Below, one piece after another: positions 20,570 through 30,468 of a stretch of DNA of 64,000 nucleotides. This stretch comes from Coraliomargarita sp. (lineage in GTDB: Bacteria > Verrucomicrobiota > Verrucomicrobiia > Opitutales > Coraliomargaritaceae): the NCBI GenBank assembly GCA_965216325.1, contig OZ244160.1, positions 1,920,001 to 1,984,000 on the forward strand. The letters run 5' to 3'. Each line of letters opens with the position of its first letter. Within the stretch, counting starts at the first letter, position 1. A program made the position numbers and the translations under genes. The notes beneath the pieces were generated by a model. The model worked only from the letters and a program-made list of their open reading frames with translations. It did no database searches and had not been told where the DNA came from.

Positions 20570-22744
20570 TCACAGGTGTTTCACACGGCGTTTCACTTCT
20601 TCCTGTTTGCCGGCGTTGAAGGGGCGGGCATCAGGGTTGCCGAGGTAACCGCAGACGCGGCGCGTGACCGAGACTCGGGTGGGCTCGTTGTTCCCGCAGC
20701 TCGGGCAGGTGAAGCCGCTGGAGCTGCATTCGAATTCGCCCGTGTAGCTGCAGTCGTAGCATTCGTCGATCGGGGTGTTGGTGCCGTAGTAGGGCACGCG
20801 CTCGTAGCTGTAGTCCCAGACATTTTCCAAGCCTTCAAGGTTGTGCTGCATGTTGGGATATTCGCCGTAGCAAATGAATCCGCCGCTCGCGACCGCAGGG
20901 TAGGCCATTTCGAAGTCGAGTTTGGCGTACGGGTTCACCTTCTTTTCGACATCCAAGTGGAAGCTGTTGGTATAATATCCCTTATTGGTGACATTTTCTA
21001 TTTGACCAAACTTCTTGAGGTCCAATCCGCAGAAGCGGTCGCATAGGTTCTCGCTTGGTGTGCTATAGAGGCTAAAGCCGTAGCCGGTTTCGGTCTTCCA
21101 GGCGTCGACGGCTTCACGTAACACTTCAATGATATGGAGTGCCTTCTTCTGTAGCTCGAAGTCGTCGTAGACGTGGCCTTTGCCGTAGAGCGCGTTGATC
21201 GTCTCGTGCAGGCCAATGTAGCCGAGGCTAATAGACGCGCGGCCGCTTTTGAAAATGTCTGAAATTGAGTCGTCTGCATTGAGGCGAACGCCGCAGGCGC
21301 CTTGCATGTAGAGAATTGGGGCCACGCGTGCTTTGACATTCTCCAAGCGGGCGATGCGCGTGTCGAGCGCACGGCGTGCGAGTGTGAGGCGCTCACGCAG
21401 GATCTTGAAAAAGCGCTTCTCGTCCCCATTGGCCTCGAGCGCGATGCGTGGCAAGTTGAGGCTGACGACGCCGAGGTTGTTGCGGCCTTCGTGCTGCTCT
21501 TTGCCATCACATTCGTAGGCGCCGAGGAAGCTGCGGCAGCCCATCGGGAACTTGAACGAGCCGGTGATCTTGATGGTTTGCTCGTAGTTCAGAATGTCGG
21601 GATACATCCGCTGGCTCGCGCACTTGAGTGCGAGTTGCTTGATGTCGTAGTTCGGGTCCTCCGCTTTGCGGTTGAGACCCTCACGGATCGCGAACACGAG
21701 CTTGGGAAAGACGGGGGTCTTGCGGCGCTTGCCGAGGCCGCGGATGCGGTTGTTGAGGATGGCGGTTTGGATGAGCTTGGCCTGCCAGCCCTCGCCGAGA
21801 CCAAAGCCAAAGGTCACGAACGGCGTCTGTCCATTGGCGGTGTGGAGTGTATTGACTTCGTACTCGAGCGATTGGAAGGCGTCGTTGCACTCCTTCTCCG
21901 TGAGGGCCATCGCGTAGGCTTCCGGATCTTTGACGCCCCATTCATTCCCCGTGGCGAGGTGCTTGTCGTAGCTCGCAGTAACGTAAGGGGAGAGTACTTC
22001 ATCGATGCGATTGATCGTGGTGCCGCCATAGATGTGGCTGGCGACCTGCGCAATGATTTGTGCGGTGACTGCAGTCGCGGTGGAAATGGATTTGGGCGGC
22101 TCGATCTCGGCGTTGCCCATCTTGAAGCCCTGCGTGAGCATGCCTTCGAGGTCAATGAGCATGCAGTTGAACATCGGGAAGAAGGGGGCGTAATCCAGGT
22201 CGTGGTAATGGATGTCGCCGGATTCGTGGGCATCGACGATGTCCTTGGGTAACATGTATTGCTTGGCGTAGTGCTTGGCGATGATGCCAGCCAGCAAGTC
22301 TCGCTGGGTTGGGATGACACGCGCGTCCTTGTTGGCGTTCTCGTGCAGCAGTTCGGCGTTACTTTGGCCTACGAGGCCTTCGATCTCACGACTGAGCTTG
22401 CTGACGCGTTCGCGGGCGACGTCGCGGTCACGGCGATATTCAATGTAGGCGCGGGCAAGTTCCTTGTAAGGGCCCTCCATCAGCTCGTTCTCGACGAGTT
22501 TCTGGATTTCGGTCACGCAGATGTCTGCCGAGCCGACAAGTTTCGCGGTGACGGCTGCAGTTACTTGGCCGGCGTAGGCAAAGTCGTCGATGTTGGCAGT
22601 GCGCCCAGCCTTGTAGACTGCCTGGGCAATTCGCTCCGCCGAAAAGGGGGTGGAACTCCCATCCCGTTTTTTAACAACGGGATAGGGGAAGGATTGGGGA
22701 GTTTCGAAAAGAGTAGACTGTATGGCACTAGATGTCGGAAGCAT
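20570..22744 (-). CDS. nrdD: Class III anaerobic ribonucleoside-triphosphate reductase
   Basis: ATP cone VVKKRDG, ENANKD, HYHDLD, PMGCRS, YSTPSE, YYTNSFH, Zn site CxxC..CxxC, RRVCGYLG glycyl-radical motif; start codon uncertain (ATG 22744). Confidence 0.97.
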   Translation of the reverse strand: MLPTSSAIQSTLFETPQSFPYPVVKKRDGSSTPFSAERIAQAVYKAGRTANIDDFAYAGQVTAAVTAKLVGSADICVTEIQKLVENELMEGPYKELARAYIEYRRDRDVARERVSKLSREIEGLVGQSNAELLHENANKDARVIPTQRDLLAGIIAKHYAKQYMLPKDIVDAHESGDIHYHDLDYAPFFPMFNCMLIDLEGMLTQGFKMGNAEIEPPKSISTATAVTAQIIAQVASHIYGGTTINRIDEVLSPYVTASYDKHLATGNEWGVKDPEAYAMALTEKECNDAFQSLEYEVNTLHTANGQTPFVTFGFGLGEGWQAKLIQTAILNNRIRGLGKRRKTPVFPKLVFAIREGLNRKAEDPNYDIKQLALKCASQRMYPDILNYEQTIKITGSFKFPMGCRSFLGAYECDGKEQHEGRNNLGVVSLNLPRIALEANGDEKRFFKILRERLTLARRALDTRIARLENVKARVAPILYMQGACGVRLNADDSISDIFKSGRASISLGYIGLHETINALYGKGHVYDDFELQKKALHIIEVLREAVDAWKTETGYGFSLYSTPSENLCDRFCGLDLKKFGQIENVTNKGYYTNSFHLDVEKKVNPYAKLDFEMAYPAVASGGFICYGEYPNMQHNLEGLENVWDYSYERVPYYGTNTPIDECYDCSYTGEFECSSSGFTCPSCGNNEPTRVSVTRRVCGYLGNPDARPFNAGKQEEVKRRVKHL

Positions 22745-22771
22745 GTGCCTACTAATCACTACATCTAGTGG
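22725..22771. promoter_or_regulatory. Tandem NrdR boxes
   Basis: tcactacatctagtgg (22756-22771, good match to acaCwAtATaTwGtgt) and gcactagatgtcggaa (22725-22740, weaker), 31 bp apart at the nrdD start. Confidence 0.7.
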
Positions 22772-22854
22772 ATTCGCTAGCAGAATTTAGAGCCGACGCG
22801 GATGTATTAGGCGTCGAAAAGTTGCCAATGGCGGGGCCTAATAAGCTGAGTCAT

Positions 22855-22962
22855 GTAGGGCTTCTGCTTGCAGAATGCCGCTCGTGTGAATTGGCGTCGT
22901 GCAAGCACGAGCCCGGGGCCGTAGTCAGTGATCAGAAATCCGCCTAAAGGCGGGACCCCAAC

Positions 22963-22963
<1 letters not shown>
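22855..22963. repeat. REP-like pair (22855-22914) plus CCGCCTAAAGGCGGGACCCCAACC (22940-22963)
   Basis: GTAGGGCTTCTGCTTGCAG...GTGCAAGCACGAGCCC; the 24-mer is identical to 54272-54295. Confidence 0.7.
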
Positions 22964-24171
<1,208 letters not shown>

Positions 24172-24184
24172 GATGCGAAAGGTG

Positions 24185-24215
24185 AACCGTTAATTTACGT
24201 TAATTGACGTTAATT
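24185..24215 (+). repeat. 31-bp arm of three decamer (AATTDACGTT-like) units
   Basis: aaccgttaatttacgttaattgacgttaatt. Confidence 0.85.
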
Positions 24216-24264
24216 TTTTTGCGATAAATGCGTGAGGCTGAAAATGCGTGTTTTAGAATTTGGC

Positions 24265-24648
24265 TTATGATGGAGCTAGTGTGACTTTGCGCCACTGTAA
24301 ACTTGGGTGTTTGAAATTGATGATGAGTCCAGTGGTTTTTCCAGTGATGCGTAAATATGTGAGCATCTGGCCTAGCTCGTAGTCACCGATGGCTTCGATG
24401 GTTTTGGTGTCTACTATGAGCGCTTCCTCGACTTCAAGGTCTGGGATGTATTCGTCTACCTTAATGTCTCGATAGAGGACAGGATAGTTGGCTTGTTGAG
24501 TAAATGAAATGCCGAGGTGTTTCAGTTCCACGCATAGCGCACGCTCGTAGGTCTTCTCCCTTAAGCCGTAACCAAGGGTGGAGTGCACGGTCATAGCCGC
24601 ACCAACAACGCGATAGATCAAATCATCGATGTCCTCAGGCTCCGTCAT
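24265..24648 (-). CDS. GxxExxY protein (PD-(D/E)xK-like fold)
   Basis: GAAMTVHSTLGYGLREKTYERAL..EL...Q...PV.Y...Y.PDL.VE...Q.L.YL..T....GLIINF. Confidence 0.93.
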   Translation of the reverse strand: MTEPEDIDDLIYRVVGAAMTVHSTLGYGLREKTYERALCVELKHLGISFTQQANYPVLYRDIKVDEYIPDLEVEEALIVDTKTIEAIGDYELGQMLTYLRITGKTTGLIINFKHPSLQWRKVTLAPS

Positions 24649-24656
24649 GCGAGAGA

Positions 24657-24687
24657 AATTAACGTTAATTGACGTAAATTAACGGTT
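24657..24687 (-). repeat. Inverted 31-bp decamer arm (29/31 complementary to 24185-24215)
   Basis: aattaacgttaattgacgtaaattaacggtt; overlaps the plsC stop codon. Confidence 0.85.
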
Positions 24688-25328
24688 TAAATCACCACTT
24701 CCTGCGGTGGTTGGAGTGCGGCGATGCGTTCCATGATTCGGCGGGAGGCTTCGAGGTAGCGCTCGGGGTGGTCTTTGCCCGGGTCGATCTCTTCTGTGGT
24801 CATGGGTTCGCCGTAAACGATTTGAATGTGGCCGCCGAGCTCGGGGAGTTTGCGGTGGCGTCCATAGGCTTCGTAGGTGCCGAAGAGTCGAGTCGGAATC
24901 ACGGTTGCGCGGGACTTGCAGGCAATCATGCCCGCGCCCGGCTTGGGTGATTGTAGGGCGCCGTCCGCTGAACGCGTGCCTTCCGGATAGATCGCGATCG
25001 AGCCCTTATTCTTGAGGGACTTGAAAATGGCTTTGAGGGAAGAGACGTCTGCGTTTTCGCGGGAGACCGGAATGGTGCCGATGGCTTCGAGGCCCTTGCC
25101 GAATTGCCCTTTAAAGAGCGTGTCGCGGGCGAAATAGTTGATCTGGCGCATGACTTGGCAGCCGATTGCGGGCGGATCGAAGAAACTGACGTGGTTGGCC
25201 GCAAAGATCACGCTGCCCTTCAGCGGAACTGCATCGATGTTGGTCGTGCTGTAGTCGTATAAGGTGTTGAAGAACCAGTCGGCGGTGACGCGGACGGCCT
25301 CATACAGTGGTGGAATTTGCGGACGCAT
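24687..25328 (-). CDS. plsC: 1-acyl-sn-glycerol-3-phosphate acyltransferase
   Basis: NHVSFFD (HxxxxD), YPEGTRS, G...IA. Confidence 0.9.
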   Translation of the reverse strand: MRPQIPPLYEAVRVTADWFFNTLYDYSTTNIDAVPLKGSVIFAANHVSFFDPPAIGCQVMRQINYFARDTLFKGQFGKGLEAIGTIPVSRENADVSSLKAIFKSLKNKGSIAIYPEGTRSADGALQSPKPGAGMIACKSRATVIPTRLFGTYEAYGRHRKLPELGGHIQIVYGEPMTTEEIDPGKDHPERYLEASRRIMERIAALQPPQEVVI

Positions 25329-25332
25329 AGTT

Positions 25333-25431
25333 CAGAAATCAGAGATCAGAAGCCAGAGGTCAGACGATTACTAGGTGGTGGGAAACGCTCTATCGTTTCC
25401 GTTGGTGGCAATGACGGAGCATTGCCCGCCA
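25333..25431. repeat. Single heptamer arm (25333-25364) plus REP-like pair (25376-25431)
   Basis: cagaaat cagagat cagaagc cagaggt caga; TGGTGGGAAACGCTCTATCGTTTCC / GGCAATGACGGAGCATTGCCCGCCA, the latter nearly identical to 59734-59758. Confidence 0.65.
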
Positions 25432-25458
25432 ATATTGTGGTGACTGAATGAAATAGTT

Positions 25459-26136
25459 TTACGGGTTAAGGATGAGTTGAGCGATGTGCGCGACGACGCC
25501 TTCCAGTGTGAGCGGGCCGGTGTCGACGCGGGTGGCTCCCTCCGGGCAGGTGAGCGGTGCGGTTTTGCGCTGGCTGTCGAGTTTGTCGCGTTCGGCGATG
25601 GAATCGGTTTGGCCCTCTTTGGCGCGGCGTGCGGCACGGGTGGCTTCGTCGGCAAAGAGGAAGAAGCGATGTTTGGCGTCTGGGAAGATGACGGAGCCGA
25701 TGTCGCGGCCTTCCATGATTAGGCCGGCGTAGCCGTTTGCTTGGGCGACCTCTGCTTGGCTGCGCTGGTAGTCGAAGAGCGCGCTGCGCACGGCTTCGAT
25801 GGCAGCGAATTTGGACACGTTGGCATTCACCTCCGGCGAACGGATGTCTGCGTCGGCGGGGACTTGTCCGTTAATACTGAGACGCGCAGTGCGGCCTTCG
25901 AGTTTGGTGCCGAGGGTTAGTTTTCCTAGCAGGGTTCCGAGCTCATCGTTGGAGCAGGTCGGGAGACCTGCGCTCCCGGTTTCTTGGAGCAGTGCGTAAG
26001 TCAGCGTGCGATAGTGCGAGCCCGTATCGACGTGCATGCAGTTGAGTTGCTCTGCAAGCAGGCGGGAGGTGGAGGACTTGCCAGTTGCCGCGCCGCCGTC
26101 GATTGCGATGATCTTAAAGTCGGCCGAATTAGGCAT
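25459..26136 (-). CDS. cmk: Cytidylate kinase
   Basis: IAIDGGAATGKS, DTGSHYR, MEGRDIGSVIFPDA, ERDKLDS.R..APL. Confidence 0.93.
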   Translation of the reverse strand: MPNSADFKIIAIDGGAATGKSSTSRLLAEQLNCMHVDTGSHYRTLTYALLQETGSAGLPTCSNDELGTLLGKLTLGTKLEGRTARLSINGQVPADADIRSPEVNANVSKFAAIEAVRSALFDYQRSQAEVAQANGYAGLIMEGRDIGSVIFPDAKHRFFLFADEATRAARRAKEGQTDSIAERDKLDSQRKTAPLTCPEGATRVDTGPLTLEGVVAHIAQLILNP

Positions 26137-27484
26137 CACGCAGCGCCTCCAGTGCTTCGAAGAAATCCGGGAAGGTTTTGCCGCAGCAGGACGGATCTTT
26201 GATGGCAAGCCAAGGCTGGCCATCGCCGAGCAAATTGTAGCTACCAAGGATCGCAAAGCTCATTGCGAAGCGGTGGTCCTCGTAGGTGTCGATTTCGATC
26301 AGTTTGCCTTCATTGCGGAAAGCCATCGCGCGGGCACGGAGCTCGTTTGGTTTTTGGCTGATGGTGAGTGCATCGTCCTCTTCCTTTACGAGCTGGCCGA
26401 GCTTGGAGAGCTCGTTGGCCATGCCTGCGATGCGGTCGGTCTCTTGGCGACGGGTGTGGCCAATACCACAAATGCGCACCGATCCACCGAGTAGCGGGGC
26501 GATCGCCGCGTAGGTGAGGAAAGTATCGGAGAAATGGTTGAAATCGATTTCGCGGTGGCCGCGCTGGATGTCGGCGGGGGCGGCGCAGCTTGCTTTCCAG
26601 GCGTTGCTGTCGGCGTCGACGCGCAGGCCGTGGTGTGCGAGCACTTCGACAAAGTGGGCGTCGCCTTGAAGGGGATCGGGGCCGAGGTTGGGCAATTCGA
26701 GTTGACCGCCTTGGATGAGCGTAAGCGCGAGGAAGTAGCTGGCGGCCGAGACGTCTGGCTCGATGGTGTAAACTTCAGGGTTTTTATAGCTCACTGGCTC
26801 GAGCTGGTAAACTCCGTCTGCGTCGGCGAGCACTGGAGCGGCTCCGAAGGCTTCGCGCATCTTCAGAGTGATGGCCACATAAGAGGGGCGCACGTCTGGG
26901 GAGATGAGCTTTACAGCAGCGCTGCCGGCTGGAGCAGCCAGTAGGAGGGCAGAGAGGATTTGGCTGCTCGCGGTGGCGTCGACGATGGTTTCGCCGCCAT
27001 TGAACCCCTTGGCTTTGAGTGTGAAGGGGAAGTGGCCTTCTTGGCCGTGAAACTCGAACTCCGCTGCACCGAGCTTCACGAGTGCATCGATGAGTCCGGA
27101 CATCGGGCGTTCACGCATGGCCGGGTCGCCGTCGAGCGTATATTCACCGCCAGCTTCGAGCGCGAGCATCGCAGTCAGAAAGCGTGCTGCAGTGCCGGCA
27201 TTGCCGACATCGAGTGTCGCCTTCTTATTTGGGATGCGGCCAGCGCCACCTTGGATTTGGATGGTGTTCGCTGTGGCATCAGCTTTGTGGCTGAAGCCCA
27301 GTTCTTTAAGCGCCTGCAGCATGATTTGGGTGTCACGGCTGAAGAGGGCGCCCTGTAGCGTTGTTTCGCCGCTAGCGAGCGCTGCCAAGACGAGTGCTCG
27401 GTTGGTGATGCTCTTGGAGCCGGGAAGTGTGAGGGTGCTTCCGAGTAGGCCGGTGAAGGGAGTGATCGGGAGAGGGTCGTTCAT
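26129..27484 (-). CDS. aroA: 3-phosphoshikimate 1-carboxyvinyltransferase (EPSP synthase)
   Basis: LPGSKSITNRAL, GNAGTAARF, RERPM, SSQ.LSALL, EPD.SAASYF, R.QETDRI, DHRFAMSF. Confidence 0.96.
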   Translation of the reverse strand: MNDPLPITPFTGLLGSTLTLPGSKSITNRALVLAALASGETTLQGALFSRDTQIMLQALKELGFSHKADATANTIQIQGGAGRIPNKKATLDVGNAGTAARFLTAMLALEAGGEYTLDGDPAMRERPMSGLIDALVKLGAAEFEFHGQEGHFPFTLKAKGFNGGETIVDATASSQILSALLLAAPAGSAAVKLISPDVRPSYVAITLKMREAFGAAPVLADADGVYQLEPVSYKNPEVYTIEPDVSAASYFLALTLIQGGQLELPNLGPDPLQGDAHFVEVLAHHGLRVDADSNAWKASCAAPADIQRGHREIDFNHFSDTFLTYAAIAPLLGGSVRICGIGHTRRQETDRIAGMANELSKLGQLVKEEDDALTISQKPNELRARAMAFRNEGKLIEIDTYEDHRFAMSFAILGSYNLLGDGQPWLAIKDPSCCGKTFPDFFEALEALRDA

Positions 27485-28338
27485 GACTTTGCGCAAGTGA
27501 GTTGGTCGCGGTAGGTTTTGCCTTGTTGTAGCAGGTTTTTGACTGCGCCTGCGTTTTCTTCTCTGAGCGCCTGCTTAAAGTGTTTTAGTTGCTTTTCGAG
27601 CCCGTCGATTGCGGTGAGCACCTCGCTACGGTTTTGCTCGAGGATTTGTAGCCATAGGCCTGGATCGCCACTGGCGACGCGGGTGCAATCGCGCAGGCCT
27701 GGCCCGGAGAGTGCTTTCCAATTGGCGTCTTTGCCGGAGAGGTAGCCGCAGAGCACGGAAGCGAGTAAGTGTGGCAAGTGGCTGATGTGTGCGACGATTT
27801 CGTCGTGCTGCTCGGGGGTGGTGGCCGCCACGCACATGCCAAGAGCTTCCCAGAACGCAGTCAGTTGATCGATTTGTGGAATTGGAGCATTTGGCTCGGG
27901 GGTGATGATGCAGGCGGCGTTTTGAAAGAGATCGGGCTTTGCGTTCTCCAGGCCGGTTTGTTCGGAGCCAGCCATTGGGTGTGAGCCGATGAAGGTGGCC
28001 TGATTACCGATGGAGGTGTTCGCGCGGGAGCAGATTTCGTTTTTGGTGCTGCCGACGTCGGTTACGAGCGCTCCCGGGTTTAGGTGGCTTACGACCGTCT
28101 CCAACAGTGGTGGAATGGTCTCTACAGGTGTGCAAATGACCACGAGCTCACTGTCTTTGACGGCTGCTTCTGGGGTGTCGAACACGGCATCGCACCAGCT
28201 TTGCTGCTGGCACAGTTCACGGGTCTCAGGGCGGCGAGACCATGCGACGACGCGCGACGCTAGCTGACGCTCTTTGGCTGCGATGGCCAGTGAGGCGCCC
28301 AATAGTCCCGGGCCGAGTATGGTGATTTGTGCAAACAT
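27481..28338 (-). CDS. tyrA: Prephenate/arogenate dehydrogenase
   Basis: GPGLLGASL, TDVGSTK, GSHPMAGSE, HD..VA.ISHLPH, G.RD.TRVA. Confidence 0.93.
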   Translation of the reverse strand: MFAQITILGPGLLGASLAIAAKERQLASRVVAWSRRPETRELCQQQSWCDAVFDTPEAAVKDSELVVICTPVETIPPLLETVVSHLNPGALVTDVGSTKNEICSRANTSIGNQATFIGSHPMAGSEQTGLENAKPDLFQNAACIITPEPNAPIPQIDQLTAFWEALGMCVAATTPEQHDEIVAHISHLPHLLASVLCGYLSGKDANWKALSGPGLRDCTRVASGDPGLWLQILEQNRSEVLTAIDGLEKQLKHFKQALREENAGAVKNLLQQGKTYRDQLTCAKS

Positions 28339-28493
28339 GACTCTGTCTTGAAACGTCGTTTATGATTTGAAGTCGAGAGCGAAATCCTGCACGCCCATAA
28401 CATCCGGTGAAGCCTTTTGCCTTGCGGGACTCCTCGGATACGGGCAATTAGGCAGATTACAGTTTTCTGCTCCGTATCTACCTATTTTTGGCT

Positions 28494-30236
28494 ATGCCCA
28501 AACGTCGACGTCTCCCTCACGAAAAAAGCCTGTTTCAACGGCTACTGATTATCTTTGGAGTGATCTTGCTCTGTGCCGCTGTGCTTGCTGGATTCTGGCT
28601 GCTGACCAAGCTGGGACCTCAGCAGGTCGATTACAGCAAGGTCGATATGAGCGTTGGTGTTTCTGAGGAGGCGCTCGCGAGCAAGGAGCAGAGTATTGAG
28701 TTTGAGGCCCAGTATGAAGAAATTTTGGTCCTTCGTGATGCTGAAGAGGTGGATATTCAATTATTGCAGCAGGCATTGGAAGCTCAGGAGCGGTATATCA
28801 AGTTGCTGCCTAAGTATGATGGGGATGCGATTGCTCGTCGGGATAATTTATTGAAGCGTTATCAGCATGTTGTGGCTGCTGCTTTGTTGGAGGAGAGTAT
28901 CGAGTATGCCAGTGAAGCTGAGGCCTTGAAGGATAAAGGAGACCTGCCTGCTGCACAGTTGGCCTTTCAGCGTGCCTATGAGTTGCAGGAGACCATTAAT
29001 AAAGAGTATACGATGAGCAACTCGCGTAACCCTAGCCGTGCCGCGACCCTGTTGCGTGAGGTGGGCTTTCTTGCGGCCGAACCCTTGTTCCTAGAGAGTG
29101 TTCGTTTGGAGGAAGCAGCGGATTCTCTACTTCAAAAGCAGGATTGGGAGGGCGCTGAGGCAGCGCTCAAGCAGGCGATGGAGTTGCAGGATCGAATCAA
29201 TCGTAAGCATCGCAATTCAAAGCAGTCGGACGTGGCCCGTTATGAGCGGCTTAAGATTAAGCGTGTTGGTATTTTGTCCGGGCAGGATCAGGTTGAGATT
29301 GAACGAATTTCAAAGATGGCCGATGAGCGCAGAGTCGCTGGGGAGAATTTGGAGGCTGCTAGTTTGTATGACGAGGCGAGCCGTTTACAGCAGGCGCTGA
29401 ATCGAGAGTATCCGGAGAGCCCTTATGCGTCGACTGAACGAGTCACTGAATTCATCCGCAAGAGCCAGACTGCGCAGAGCTTTGAACTGGGTCTGGAGAT
29501 CGAGGCGAATGATGATCGCTTGACTGGCTTGCTCGCGCAGCGTCGAACGCACGAGGCCACTGAAGTGATTACCTTGCTGCGCCGCGATATTAAGCAGATG
29601 CAGGAAACATATCCGCGCAGTTCATTGAATAGTGAGGAGCAGCAAGTTAAAATTCGCTATCTCAATTTGGTGCAGAACGAAATCGCGTTTATTCAGGAGC
29701 GGATTTATGAGTCGCTTTTGCCGATTCCTGAGGAGGAAGGGTGGCAAATGCTTCGCACGGAAGTGCCGCAGGGGCTCTACGAGTTGTTGATGGGCACAAA
29801 CCCAAGTCGTAATGTTGGTGGGGCGAATCCGGTGGATTCCGTGAGTTGGGTGGAGGCGAAGACTTTTTGTCGCCGGCTTTCGTGGATTATGGGTAAACCT
29901 GTTCGGTTGCCGAGTGAGAACGAGTTCCGTCAAGCTTTAGGGCGTTTGCGCTATGTGGTGTTGGAGGATTTGGTGTGGAGTGTATCAGATGCGGATGGAG
30001 TGGCGCAACCGGTTGGCAAAAAGCAGCCGTTTGAGAGTGGTTACTTCGATTTGCTGGGTAATGTAAGTGAGTGGTTGGAATCCGAAGATCGTTTTGATTC
30101 GGAGTCGGCGAAGCATATCGGCGGGCATGCCGCAGATAGTTTGGAGGCGATTTTCACTGTGCCCATGAGAGATTCACCGAGAAATGAGCGCAATCGTGTG
30201 ACTGGCTTCCGGATTGTGATGAGGGTGTCGCGCTAG
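28494..30236 (+). CDS. Membrane-anchored helical-repeat protein with C-terminal FGE-sulfatase (SUMF1-like) domain
   Basis: N-terminal TM, long TPR-like helical region, then TEV.Q..Y, PV..VSW.EA..FC, RLPSE.E, G.FDL.GNVSEW, GFR. Confidence 0.8.
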   Translation: MPKRRRLPHEKSLFQRLLIIFGVILLCAAVLAGFWLLTKLGPQQVDYSKVDMSVGVSEEALASKEQSIEFEAQYEEILVLRDAEEVDIQLLQQALEAQERYIKLLPKYDGDAIARRDNLLKRYQHVVAAALLEESIEYASEAEALKDKGDLPAAQLAFQRAYELQETINKEYTMSNSRNPSRAATLLREVGFLAAEPLFLESVRLEEAADSLLQKQDWEGAEAALKQAMELQDRINRKHRNSKQSDVARYERLKIKRVGILSGQDQVEIERISKMADERRVAGENLEAASLYDEASRLQQALNREYPESPYASTERVTEFIRKSQTAQSFELGLEIEANDDRLTGLLAQRRTHEATEVITLLRRDIKQMQETYPRSSLNSEEQQVKIRYLNLVQNEIAFIQERIYESLLPIPEEEGWQMLRTEVPQGLYELLMGTNPSRNVGGANPVDSVSWVEAKTFCRRLSWIMGKPVRLPSENEFRQALGRLRYVVLEDLVWSVSDADGVAQPVGKKQPFESGYFDLLGNVSEWLESEDRFDSESAKHIGGHAADSLEAIFTVPMRDSPRNERNRVTGFRIVMRVSR

Positions 30237-30308
30237 ATACTCAAGGTTTGTAATTAATCAGTAACTTAAAGTTGCCGAGGCAATGAAGTCTTGCATACTA
30301 TTTTGACG

Positions 30309-30449
30309 ATGTCGGATCAGTCATCAGAGAAAGACAGCCAGCTTGAACTGCGGGCACAGCGTGTGCAGCGGTGGATCTATATCGCAATGGCTGTTTTTAT
30401 CGTGTTGCCGTTCATCCTTGCGTGGTTGACGGGCGCAATCCGGTTTTAG
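30309..30449 (+). CDS. 46-aa single-pass membrane protein (below the ORF-track cutoff)
   Basis: Translated by hand: MSDQSSEKDSQLELRAQRVQRWIYIAMAVFIVLPFILAWLTGAIRF*; ends 19 nt before the next gene. Confidence 0.6.
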   Translation: MSDQSSEKDSQLELRAQRVQRWIYIAMAVFIVLPFILAWLTGAIRF

Positions 30450-30468
30450 CGCAGCGAGGGGCTTAGTT

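Noticed and set aside
21302..22252. 316-aa plus-strand ORF
   Set aside because: Antisense shadow of nrdD with no recognisable motifs.
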